This document shows, piece by piece, positions 55,689-63,653 of a DNA stretch of 64,000 nucleotides; the first letter of the stretch is position 1, and each line of letters starts with the position of its first letter. The notes beneath the pieces are model-generated. The model was not told the DNA's origin. It searched no databases and worked only from the letters and a program-made list of their open reading frames with translations. Both the position numbers and the translations under genes were made by a program. The DNA is from an uncultured Gammaproteobacteria bacterium. Lineage in GTDB: Bacteria; Patescibacteriota; Microgenomatia; Levybacterales; UBA12049. The stretch spans positions 850,066 to 914,065 of the forward strand of contig CAZFRF010000001.1 in assembly GCA_964521295.1 (NCBI GenBank), written 5' to 3'.

Positions 55689-56498
55689 TTACCTATAATT
55701 TCCTCTATATTTTTCAGGTAAAAGTTTAGCCAGTCGTTGCATCATAATTTCCGTTGGAGTAATTCCAGGATTTTGTTCTGCAACTCGCTCTAAGTCTGCA
55801 AAAGAAAAAGGTGTTCCAGGAACAACTAAAACATCGTCAATAAAGGGTCTTATGCGACCTGATTCAGGTAAGACAATTGCAACAGGCATTGCTAAGCCGA
55901 TTTCTCCTGAATTTTTCAAGGGACCATGAATTTCAAGTGGTGGTTCTTGTAAAATACCATCACTGTGTCTGGTGCCTTCTATTGCAGCAAATAGTACGTT
56001 ACCTGGGGTTTGCATAACCTCTCTGGTTTGTTTTAAGGCTTCCACATTGAAAGATCTTGCAGAGAGACCATGAGTTGATTCAGTGGGCTTAGGATATGAA
56101 GCCATATCATTTGGTTGAATAACTAGGATTTTAGTTAATCCAGTATATCCTTCAACTAAATTGGTAGCCGTTCGAGTTATTGAGCCACTTTCTGGTCTTT
56201 GAGGATCATAATGTTTTAGACCCGCTATTCCATAGACGTTTTCTAGATCAGTTAAATATCTATTAGCAAATCTTGCTGAAATTACTGGATCGAATGCGCT
56301 AACATGGTTCATATAGACATATAAAGATCTTGGGTTATCTTGAAAAACTCCTTCGCCATGAAGAGCATCTTTTGCAATATGAGTAGAGAATGCACGTTTT
56401 TCATCTACGTGAAATTTAACAGCTCTTGTGGCAAGCCATAAAGCTCTTCCTAGAGTTTGCTCAGCAGTAGTTTTTCTTAACTGTCTAAGTCTTTCCAT
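55689..56498 (-). CDS. PlsC/LPLAT-family acyltransferase
   Basis: 'NHVSAFDP' (HX4D) and 'AIEGTRHSDG' (EGTR block). Confidence 0.65.
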   Translation of the reverse strand: MERLRQLRKTTAEQTLGRALWLATRAVKFHVDEKRAFSTHIAKDALHGEGVFQDNPRSLYVYMNHVSAFDPVISARFANRYLTDLENVYGIAGLKHYDPQRPESGSITRTATNLVEGYTGLTKILVIQPNDMASYPKPTESTHGLSARSFNVEALKQTREVMQTPGNVLFAAIEGTRHSDGILQEPPLEIHGPLKNSGEIGLAMPVAIVLPESGRIRPFIDDVLVVPGTPFSFADLERVAEQNPGITPTEIMMQRLAKLLPEKYRGNYR

Positions 56499-56538
56499 AG
56501 ATTTGGATAATAGTTTATAAGAGGAAGTTAGTCAAGAA

Positions 56539-57333
56539 TTAGACTCTAACTTTAACACCAGGAGACATTGTGGATTTTAAGGTGATATTTAAGATATTAG
56601 CTTTTTTAACTGCATCAAGCATTACCGTGATGTTTTCAGCTAATTTTTCTGATCCAAATGACATTTTGCCAACTGAAAGATGAAGAAGTGGATTTTTAGA
56701 TTCTGTTTTAAAATTAAATTGTCCACCCGCATATTTCTTAGCAGCTTCTTCAGGTTTTTCGGTAATAGTTCCGTTTTTGGGATTTGGCATTAAGCCTTTT
56801 GGTCCTAAAACTCTAGCAACCTTTGCAAGTTTAGGCATCATTTGCGGAACAGCAAGTAAAATATCAAAATTAACTACACCTTTTTCAATTTCAGCAAGTA
56901 ATTTGTCATCTGCAATAGCTACTCTGGTTTGTTTTCCAGTTCCGTGGGGAAGAGTTATGCTACCTGAAATACCAGGAGTAGTTGTGTTAATGTGCAATTC
57001 AACTGTTTCATCAAATTTACCTCTTTGTAAATCTTTTAAGAGTTCTAAAGCTTCTTTAACTGTGTATGTTTTTGTTAAATCTACTTTTGCTGCGAGGGAG
57101 TTATATTTCTGTGAATGAATTGCTTTTGTATCTTTTTTAGAAACAGTTTCTTTTTTTTCAGTTTTTACTTCTTCTACTTTTTCTTCAGCTGGTGCAGTTT
57201 CTTCTACAATTGCTTCTACTTGAGCTTTTGCTTTTTCTTCAGCAATCTTAGCTTCTTTTTTCTTTTGAAGCTCTAATTGTTGTTTTTTTTCTAATTCTTC
57301 GTCTCCTAAAGTTTTTACTCTAATTTTTCCCAT
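56539..57333 (-). CDS. rplA: Ribosomal protein L1 with a ~60-aa Lys/Glu-rich N-terminal extension
   Basis: Core '...KYNSLAAKVDLTKTYTVKEALELLKD...GKQTRVAIA...GPKGLMPNPK'. The extension is unusual. Confidence 0.85.
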   Translation of the reverse strand: MGKIRVKTLGDEELEKKQQLELQKKKEAKIAEEKAKAQVEAIVEETAPAEEKVEEVKTEKKETVSKKDTKAIHSQKYNSLAAKVDLTKTYTVKEALELLKDLQRGKFDETVELHINTTTPGISGSITLPHGTGKQTRVAIADDKLLAEIEKGVVNFDILLAVPQMMPKLAKVARVLGPKGLMPNPKNGTITEKPEEAAKKYAGGQFNFKTESKNPLLHLSVGKMSFGSEKLAENITVMLDAVKKANILNITLKSTMSPGVKVRV

Positions 57334-57334
57334 A

Positions 57335-57757
57335 TTATTGTACTTTTACGCCCATTGAGCGAGCTACTCCTTCCACAATTTTTACTGCTGGTTCTAATTC
57401 ATCTGTATTTAAATCTTCCATTTTGTTTTTCGCAATTTCTTCAGCTTGAGCCCTAGATAGGGTGCCAGCAACTTCAGTTCCAGGTTTACCAGCGCCTTTT
57501 TCTTTACCTAACGCTTTTTTAATCATTTCAGCAATAGGAGATTTTTTAACGATGAAAGAAAAAGTTCTATCTTCATAAACTGTAATAACAGCAGGAACGA
57601 TTGTGCCTTTTTGATCAGCTGTTTTATCATTAAATGCCTTAACGAACTCCATAATAGGGAGTCCATGGGGTCCCAATGCTGTTCCAACAGGTGGCGCAGG
57701 AGTTGCTGCTCCAGCTGGAATATTAATTTTAATTAATGTTTTAATTTTCTTTGCCAT
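57335..57757 (-). CDS. rplK: Ribosomal protein L11
   Basis: 'IPAGAATPAPPVGTALGPHGLPIMEFVKAFN'. Confidence 0.95.
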   Translation of the reverse strand: MAKKIKTLIKINIPAGAATPAPPVGTALGPHGLPIMEFVKAFNDKTADQKGTIVPAVITVYEDRTFSFIVKKSPIAEMIKKALGKEKGAGKPGTEVAGTLSRAQAEEIAKNKMEDLNTDELEPAVKIVEGVARSMGVKVQ

Positions 57758-57856
57758 ATTTTTCTTTGGGACTATGTAGAGAAGTTACTCTTGCGAGGTT
57801 CTTATCTACTGGTTCAAGCGACTTATGTCTCCCAGATTAACAATAAGTTGTCTGTA

Positions 57857-58624
57857 TTATATCTTACTTACTTGTAAAAAGTCTAGTTCAACTGGTGTTT
57901 CTCTTCCGAAAATAGAAACTAAGACCTTTAATTTACCTTTTGCTTCATCAATCGTATCGATTGTTCCTAAGAAATCAGAGAATGGTCCATCAACAATTTT
58001 TACAGCTTCACCAGTTGTAAATGAAGTTGTATATAATGGTTGTTCTGATTGCATAAACTTTTGAATTGCTTCAACTTCTTTTTCAGAAATAGGAGTTGGC
58101 TTGTTGCCAGCGCCGATAAAAGCAGTTACTCCTTGAGTTGTTCTGACTAAAAGCCAGGATTCATCATCAAGAATCATTTTTACTAATACGTATCCTGGGA
58201 AGATCTTTTCTTTAACATTTTCTTTTTTGCCTTGTGCAACTTTTACTGTATCTCTAGTTGGAACAATGATGTCAAAAATTCTAGTTTCAAATCCCATTGA
58301 TTCAACTCTTTGATGAAGTGATTTTGCAACTTTATTTTCATGTCCTGAATAAGTGTGGACGATATACCATTTTGCATCATCAGCAGGTGAATGTGGCTTG
58401 TCTTCTACGGGAGTTGGTGCTTGCTCCTCTTGTGTAGCTTCTTCAGCTTGATCATGTAAAGCTTCAGCTGAAGCTTCTTCTTGGGCTTCTCCTTCTGTCT
58501 TTATTTCCTCTGAAGTAGGTGTTACTTCCAGCTCAGTATTTGCTTCTTCCACGACATCAGTTGCTGGCTCTGCAGCTACTTGTTCTTCTTGTACATCTTG
58601 TAAATTTTTTGTATCGTCTATCAT
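57857..58624 (-). CDS. nusG: Transcription antiterminator NusG with a ~90-aa acidic N-terminal extension
   Basis: NGN 'KWYIVHTYSGHENKV'. KOW 'GEAVKIVDGPFSDFLGTIDTID'. Confidence 0.9.
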   Translation of the reverse strand: MIDDTKNLQDVQEEQVAAEPATDVVEEANTELEVTPTSEEIKTEGEAQEEASAEALHDQAEEATQEEQAPTPVEDKPHSPADDAKWYIVHTYSGHENKVAKSLHQRVESMGFETRIFDIIVPTRDTVKVAQGKKENVKEKIFPGYVLVKMILDDESWLLVRTTQGVTAFIGAGNKPTPISEKEVEAIQKFMQSEQPLYTTSFTTGEAVKIVDGPFSDFLGTIDTIDEAKGKLKVLVSIFGRETPVELDFLQVSKI

Positions 58625-58813
58625 TTATCTTGTTATTATTAATTGAACTACTTTTGTAAGTAAGAGATCGATTCCTCCTAGGAAAAGACCGATTCCTACG
58701 CTTACTATGATTACAACACTTGTTAGTCTAATTACTTCTTCCCTTGATGGCCAGACAACTTTTTTTAATTCATCTCTTACTTCTTTAAAAAAATTCACTG
58801 GTGTTGTAGCCAT
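58625..58813 (-). CDS. secE: Preprotein translocase subunit SecE
   Basis: 'FKEVRDELKKVVWPSREEVIRLTSVVIIVSVGIGLFLGGIDLLL'. Confidence 0.85.
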   Translation of the reverse strand: MATTPVNFFKEVRDELKKVVWPSREEVIRLTSVVIIVSVGIGLFLGGIDLLLTKVVQLIITR

Positions 58814-58966
58814 AAATTAAAATCCCAACATAATATTATTTTGGGATTTGTCAACATTTTAGCAAAACTTGGAGCGTATGTAAAGAAGAAGTAGATTAGA
58901 TTGCTAAATTAGCTAAAATACTAGATTGACATAAATTAGTTTTCACTTTACAATCATATAATAACT

Positions 58967-59857
58967 ATGGCAAAGATTAGAAAAGCAGTTATCCCCGCAG
59001 CTGGTTTTGGAACCAGATTTTTACCTCAAACTAAAGCAATGCCCAAGGAAATGCTTCCAATTGTTGATAAGCCTGTTATTCAGTATGTTGTTGAAGAGTT
59101 AGTAGGAGCAGGAATTACAGATATAATTTTAGTAACGGGATATCATAAGAGAACAATTGAAGATCATTTTGATGCCGCAAATTTAGATTTACTTGAAAAC
59201 TTAAGAATGGGTGGAGAAAAGAAAAAACCACTTCTTGAACAAGTTGAGGAAATTTCTTCCCTTGCAAACTTTATCTATGTAAGGCAAAAAGGACCATATG
59301 GAAATGGAACTCCTCTTATGAACGTAAGACATTTAATTGGCAATGAGCCTTTTATTTATGCTTTCTCTGATGACTTTATCGTTGCTGAGCCTTCAAGATT
59401 TAAGCAAATGATTGAATTATATGAGAAATATAATTGTTCTGTTTTGGGAAGCGTAAAAGCAACCAAAGATGAAGATTATGATAGATATGGTTTTGCTGGC
59501 GGAGAGGAAATAGAGCCTGGAGTAATTGATACAAAAGTTATTATTGAGAAGCCTGGTAAGAACGCAGCGCCATCTGATCTGGCTAATGTTTCAGGGTTTT
59601 TGTTTACTCCAGATATTTTTGAATACCTTGAAAAAATAATGGAAGATTTAAGAGAGGGTGAAGAATTCTATTATAATGATGCCCTAAAGAGAATGTTGTC
59701 TGATGGTAAAAGAATTTTAGCAGCTGAAATTAAAGGCGGAAGATATTATGATACAGGCAATAAGCTTGAATACATGAAAACTGTTGTAGAGCTAGGACTT
59801 AAAAACGAAGATATTAAAGACGAATTCAAAAAATTCCTCGAGAGTTTAAATATCTAA
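58967..59857 (+). CDS. galU: UTP--glucose-1-phosphate uridylyltransferase
   Basis: 'KAVIPAAGFGTRFLPQTKAMPKEMLPIVDKPVIQYVVEE'. Confidence 0.9.
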   Translation: MAKIRKAVIPAAGFGTRFLPQTKAMPKEMLPIVDKPVIQYVVEELVGAGITDIILVTGYHKRTIEDHFDAANLDLLENLRMGGEKKKPLLEQVEEISSLANFIYVRQKGPYGNGTPLMNVRHLIGNEPFIYAFSDDFIVAEPSRFKQMIELYEKYNCSVLGSVKATKDEDYDRYGFAGGEEIEPGVIDTKVIIEKPGKNAAPSDLANVSGFLFTPDIFEYLEKIMEDLREGEEFYYNDALKRMLSDGKRILAAEIKGGRYYDTGNKLEYMKTVVELGLKNEDIKDEFKKFLESLNI

Positions 59858-59890
59858 TTACTTTTGTCATAATAGTTAAGGGATAGTATT

Positions 59891-60511
59891 TTGAAAAGAA
59901 ATTTTCCAATTATCGGTTTTACGTTATTAATTTCATTTGTAATCTTTTCTTTTATAGTTCACAAAGATTTATTTACGCAGTTGGATTTCGATACTACAGT
60001 TAAGCTTCAGGATAATATTTCTAGAAATTTTGATTTTCCTTTTTCACTGCTTAGTTTAATAGGTAGTTTTGAAATTTCGGGTTTAATTTTAATTTTCTTT
60101 CTTGTCTTATTTAAAAAAATTAAGGCAGTTTTTGCTTTAGGATTATTTGTTTTTTTACACATACCAGAGCTTTTTGGCAAAATGTATGTTGATCATCCAG
60201 GTCCTCCTTTTATGTTTTTTAGATATGATATTGATTTTCTTTTTCCATCTTCGTATGTTCAACCGGGATCTTCATATCCATCAGGTCATTCTGCAAGAGC
60301 TGTTTTTATTTCCATAGTGGTCGCATTCTTAGTGTCTAGATTAAAACTAAAAAAAGAATATAAATATGTTTTATATGCACTTGTTTTACTGTTTAACATT
60401 GCTATGTTGACGAGTAGGGTTTATCTTGGAGAGCACTGGACTTCTGATGTTGTTGGAGGTTCATTATTAGGGGCTGCATTTAGTTTCTTTTCTTTATTTT
60501 TTCTTTTATAG
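59891..60511 (+). CDS. PAP2-family (type 2 phosphatidic acid / undecaprenyl-PP phosphatase-like) membrane phosphatase
   Basis: 'SYPSGHSARA' and 'SRVYLGEHWTSDVVGG' PAP2 motifs. TTG start. Confidence 0.75.
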   Translation: MKRNFPIIGFTLLISFVIFSFIVHKDLFTQLDFDTTVKLQDNISRNFDFPFSLLSLIGSFEISGLILIFFLVLFKKIKAVFALGLFVFLHIPELFGKMYVDHPGPPFMFFRYDIDFLFPSSYVQPGSSYPSGHSARAVFISIVVAFLVSRLKLKKEYKYVLYALVLLFNIAMLTSRVYLGEHWTSDVVGGSLLGAAFSFFSLFFLL

Positions 60512-60549
60512 CTTCAGTTTTTAAAAGACAAAATAAGTAATTTGTCAAG

Positions 60550-60577
60550 TTGACAGGCAACGTGTTTTTGTTATACT
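60550..60577 (+). promoter_or_regulatory. Strong sigma70-type promoter (TTGACA, 16-bp spacer, TATACT)
   Basis: Read directly: ttgacaGGCAACGTGTTTTTGTtatact. Confidence 0.6.
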
Positions 60578-60584
60578 TAATTAG

Positions 60585-60752
60585 TTCTTTGGTATACAGA
60601 GTTAGTTGGTAAGATTTTCTCTACATTTCACTGGGTTTGAGGTATCTTACTTTGTAAGAGACAGAGCGAGTAGTATTAGCCTGCGGGTTAATATTCAGCT
60701 TTCCTAATTTACAGACTTAGGGAAACATCAACTAATTCGGTACCAAAGACGA
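60585..60752 (+). ncRNA. Candidate structured RNA of ~170 nt (6S-like, or a tRNA-operon leader) closed by a long-range interrupted helix
   Basis: 5' TCTTTGGTA/tacagag/TTAGTTG (60586-60610) pairs with 3' CAACTAA/ttcgg/TACCAAAGA (60727-60749). It sits directly downstream of the strong promoter. No ORF. Confidence 0.35.
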
Positions 60753-60836
60753 ATTTATTCATTTTAAGGCAGATCTTTCTTCTTTCCTTCGTTTTTGATA
60801 AAATAATTTGATCCTAAGATTAATTTTTTAGGTTTT

Positions 60837-60911
60837 GCCGTCTTAGCTCAGTGGTAGAGCAGCTGTTTTGTAAACAGCAGGTCGTCAGTTCAAGTCTGAC
60901 AGACGGCTCCA
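60837..60911 (+). tRNA. tRNA-Thr (anticodon TGT), CCA encoded
   Basis: Acceptor GCCGTCT/AGACGGC, D GCTC/GAGC, anticodon stem GCTGT/ACAGC with loop tTTGTAa, T stem GTCAG/CTGAC, loop TTCAAGT. Confidence 0.9.
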
Positions 60912-60996
60912 GCTGAGGTGGCGGAGTAGTCAATCGCTCGTGACTGTAGATCACGCGACCGGAAGGTCTACGGGAGTGCAAATCTCTCCCTCAGCA
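60912..60996 (+). tRNA. tRNA-Tyr (anticodon GTA), type II with a long variable arm
   Basis: Acceptor GCTGAGG/CCTCAGC. Anticodon stem CGTGA/TCACG with loop cTGTAga. Variable hairpin GACC-GGAA-GGTC. T loop TGCAAAT has the unusual G55. Confidence 0.8.
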
Positions 60997-61005
60997 CAGT
61001 TTTGT

Positions 61006-61077
61006 GCCGGCTTGGCTCAGTGGTAGAGCAAGTCATTGGTAATGACTAGATCGTGGGTCCGATTCCCACAGCCGGCT
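61006..61077 (+). tRNA. tRNA-Thr (anticodon GGT)
   Basis: Acceptor GCCGGCT/AGCCGGC. Anticodon stem AGTCA/TGACT with loop tTGGTaa. T stem GTGGG/CCCAC with loop TCCGATT (C55). Confidence 0.85.
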
Positions 61078-61119
61078 CAAGGTTGAATTAAGCTCAAGTT
61101 TTTTATATAATACATTCCT

Positions 61120-61296
61120 ATGGCAAAAAAAGGCGAACACAGAGTAACAGTTGGATTAGTATGTACTGTTTGTAAAAACAGGAATTATGTCACGTCAAGA
61201 AATAAATTAAATACAGTTGAAAAACTGCTTTTAAAGAAATTCTGCAGACACTGCAGAAAGATTACGGATCACAAAGAAAACGAAAAGTTGAAATAA
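61120..61296 (+). CDS. rpmG: Ribosomal protein L33 (58 aa; below the ORF-track size cutoff)
   Basis: Manual translation MAKKGEHRVTVGLVCTVCKNRNYVTSRNKLNTVEKLLLKKFCRHCRKITDHKENEKLK has the two CxxC pairs typical of L33. Confidence 0.85.
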   Translation: MAKKGEHRVTVGLVCTVCKNRNYVTSRNKLNTVEKLLLKKFCRHCRKITDHKENEKLK

Positions 61297-61312
61297 CTTC
61301 CTCTTTGCAAGT

Positions 61313-61340
61313 TGATAGCACATATTCCTTAAGGTATAAT
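61313..61340 (+). promoter_or_regulatory. Promoter TTGATA, 17-bp spacer, TATAAT, driving tRNA-Trp
   Basis: ttgataGCACATATTCCTTAAGGtataat, ending 12 bp before the tRNA 5' end. Confidence 0.55.
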
Positions 61341-61351
61341 TTACGTGACGA

Positions 61352-61422
61352 AGGGATGTGGTGAAATGGTATCACAGCAGTCTCCAAAACTGCTTTTCAC
61401 AGTTCGAATCTGTGCGTCCCTG
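61352..61422 (+). tRNA. tRNA-Trp (anticodon CCA)
   Basis: Acceptor AGGGATG/CGTCCCT. D GTGA/TCAC. Anticodon stem GCAGT/ACTGC with loop cTCCAaa. T stem CACAG/CTGTG with loop TTCGAAT. Confidence 0.85.
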
Positions 61423-61461
61423 CAGCATTGAAAATATTTTAAGGAGTAGTATAATCCACCA

Positions 61462-62448
61462 ATGATATCCGAACGAGAGCAAAAAGGTTCGAGATTAAGG
61501 TCATTGTTTAAAAATAATGCAAAGCCTTGGTTGCGTTCCGCAGCTTTAGTTATTGGAATGAGCTCGTTTTTCCCCAACCCAACTGGTGCTCCAGCTGTAC
61601 ACCCTCAAGATTTTTGTGTATTTGATTATGGCCCAGCAGAAGTCTCTTCTGTTTTAGCTGATAACATGTTAAGTACGGGAAATATTGAAGAAGGAATGAA
61701 GCCGATTGAAGGAGGAGTTGTATATACTGCAGCAGATGATGCAGTTAATGAAATACAGTATCAAGATTATTTTTTAAGAGCCAATATGGATTGTGTAATT
61801 TTATCGTGGTATCCAGATCAGAGAGCAAAATATTTTGAATATTATGTAGATTTCTTAAGCGCGCATCCGAATAATAAGCTGAAATATACATTTGAGTACG
61901 AATTATTAGGCGGAGAAGAGCCAAGTATGGATGAAAATAGAGCTTATCTTCAAGAATTAAGTCAACATTTTTCTGATCCAAACTTCTATAGAGATCAAAA
62001 TGGTATTCCAACATATTTTGTGTTTGCAAAAGCTGCTGAGGGATTAATCGATAATCCAGCGTATGTCGAAGAAGCGGCTCAACTAGCTAGTGAAATTAAC
62101 GCTAGGGCAATAATTGAAGATTATCCTTTAAATTTTTTAAACCCTTTTTATAATGATCCCAATATTGGTTGGATTGGTTATGATAGCGAGCCTTGGGATG
62201 TAAGACCTTCTGGAATATACACAACTAAAGATACTACGAGGCTTTTGAATGCGTATGACAAATGGGAAGCAGATCGAGATTTAAAGCAATTGCCGTATGA
62301 TGAGAATAGACTTATCCAAACTATTAATAGAGCAAAATATTTAGGAAGACCAATTGTGGCAATTGTTTCTTCAACTGAAATGGTTGAGGGAACTAATTGG
62401 AATTCAAGTATTGTAGATGTATATGCGCAGCATTTGCCAGCAAATTAA
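61462..62448 (+). CDS. Hypothetical 328-aa protein
   Basis: Intact ORF. No family recognised. Confidence 0.45.
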   Translation: MISEREQKGSRLRSLFKNNAKPWLRSAALVIGMSSFFPNPTGAPAVHPQDFCVFDYGPAEVSSVLADNMLSTGNIEEGMKPIEGGVVYTAADDAVNEIQYQDYFLRANMDCVILSWYPDQRAKYFEYYVDFLSAHPNNKLKYTFEYELLGGEEPSMDENRAYLQELSQHFSDPNFYRDQNGIPTYFVFAKAAEGLIDNPAYVEEAAQLASEINARAIIEDYPLNFLNPFYNDPNIGWIGYDSEPWDVRPSGIYTTKDTTRLLNAYDKWEADRDLKQLPYDENRLIQTINRAKYLGRPIVAIVSSTEMVEGTNWNSSIVDVYAQHLPAN

Positions 62449-62449
62449 A

Positions 62450-62674
62450 TTATTTTATTCTATTTGCCCTAACTTTTTTTGCAAGTAGGTCTGCAGTTTT
62501 TAAAAAGTCTTCTTTATTTACATGCAGTCTATATCTTGCTCTAACTCCGAAATTTTGAATGGGAACATTATTAAAAGTATCTTCAGTAATGACAGAATAT
62601 ATTCCAGATTCTTTAAGAATTTTTTGTCCAAACTCTGCTTGTTCTTTATTATTAAATATTCTTATGCAAAGCAT
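62450..62674 (-). CDS. Small hypothetical protein (74 aa; possibly DUF2007-like)
   Basis: ORF ending 3 bp from the M50 protease gene. Weak resemblance only. Confidence 0.3.
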   Translation of the reverse strand: MLCIRIFNNKEQAEFGQKILKESGIYSVITEDTFNNVPIQNFGVRARYRLHVNKEDFLKTADLLAKKVRANRIK

Positions 62675-62677
62675 GTT

Positions 62678-63325
62678 TTAGAGGCCAAGGAGTTTTAGAG
62701 TGAATAAAATTAAATTTCCCATAATGTCAGAAAGAGAAAAACCGGCAATGGGAAACATGAGAAGGAAAAAGATAATAAAAATTCCAAATTGACCGATTGC
62801 TAAATATTGGTTCGCTTCTTTTTCTGGCAAAATTAAGGCAAACACTTTAGAGCCGTCTAAAGGTGGAATTGGTAATAAGTTAAAAATAAAAAGAGCAATA
62901 TTAATCTGTACTGCTCTTAAGATGAGTTCTAATATTAAAACCCCGTTTTGGCCTAGACTTTGTAGGATTAGGTTTGCAGAGAATTTTAGAATTAAAGCAC
63001 CAATTATTGCAATTAATAGGTTAGTTGCTGGTCCAGCTAGAGAGACTAAGGCTGAGTCTTTCCTGCCGTCTCTTAGGTTAAATGGATCAACTATTACAGG
63101 TTTTGCTCCACCAATGATAACGGGTGAATGACCAATAAAAAGAAGTAATGGTAAGAGGATGGTCATTATTGGGTCTATGTGAGGTTTAGGGTTTAGGGTT
63201 AATCTGCCCATGAGTCTTGCCGTAGGGTCACCTAGGCGTTCTGCAACGAGTCCATGAGCAATCTCGTGTAAGATTACACTGTAGATTAAAATAATAAGCG
63301 AGGCAGCGATAAAAAGTAATTCCAT
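62678..63325 (-). CDS. M50 (site-2 protease / SpoIVFB-like) zinc metalloprotease
   Basis: 'VILHEIAHGLVAERLG' HExxH inside a TM helix. Multiple TM segments. Confidence 0.8.
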   Translation of the reverse strand: MELLFIAASLIILIYSVILHEIAHGLVAERLGDPTARLMGRLTLNPKPHIDPIMTILLPLLLFIGHSPVIIGGAKPVIVDPFNLRDGRKDSALVSLAGPATNLLIAIIGALILKFSANLILQSLGQNGVLILELILRAVQINIALFIFNLLPIPPLDGSKVFALILPEKEANQYLAIGQFGIFIIFFLLMFPIAGFSLSDIMGNLILFTLKLLGL

Positions 63326-63374
63326 GTATTTAGTATTATAAAATTTTGAGCTTAATTAAGCAAATAACTCAGTC

Positions 63375-63403
63375 GTTGAAATATGAGCGTATTTTAGATA
63401 TAA
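63375..63403 (+). promoter_or_regulatory. Promoter TTGAAA, 17-bp spacer, TATAAT, upstream of rpmB
   Basis: ttgaaaTATGAGCGTATTTTAGAtataat, followed by GGTGA and the ATG. Confidence 0.55.
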
Positions 63404-63410
63404 TTGGTGA

Positions 63411-63653
63411 ATGGCAAAAGGTAATAAGTGCGACAATTGCGGAAAAGGCATTATGTATGGACATAATGTTTCTCACGCAAAAAATAGAACAAGAAAAATT
63501 TTTAAACCAAACTTGCATACAGCAAGAGTGGTTGTAAATGGTGTTTCTAAAACATTAAGACTTTGTACAAAATGTCAAAGAATTTTTAAAGGAAGAGTTA
63601 CTAGAAAATCCAAAGTAGAACCAGTTGTTGCTCAGCCAGTTGTAGCCGCTTAA
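63411..63653 (+). CDS. rpmB: Ribosomal protein L28 with a short C-terminal extension
   Basis: 'MAKGNKCDNCGKGIMYGHNVSHAKNRTRKIFKPNLHTARVVVNG...RLCTKCQR'. Confidence 0.85.
   Translation: MAKGNKCDNCGKGIMYGHNVSHAKNRTRKIFKPNLHTARVVVNGVSKTLRLCTKCQRIFKGRVTRKSKVEPVVAQPVVAA

Noticed and set aside
60585-60752. RNase P RNA, tmRNA or SRP RNA for the promoter-proximal structured region.
   Set aside because: Signature motifs are absent: GGAAAGUCCGG/ACAGAAA for RNase P, the tRNA-like GGGG...CCACCA ends for tmRNA, and AGGUCAGG/GGAAGCAGCC for 4.5S. Only a generic closed-rod candidate remains.
63346-63537. A 63-aa plus-strand ORF overlapping the 5' end of rpmB.
   Set aside because: It is out of frame with a clear L28 gene that has its own TTGAAA/TATAAT promoter, and its translation is non-descript.
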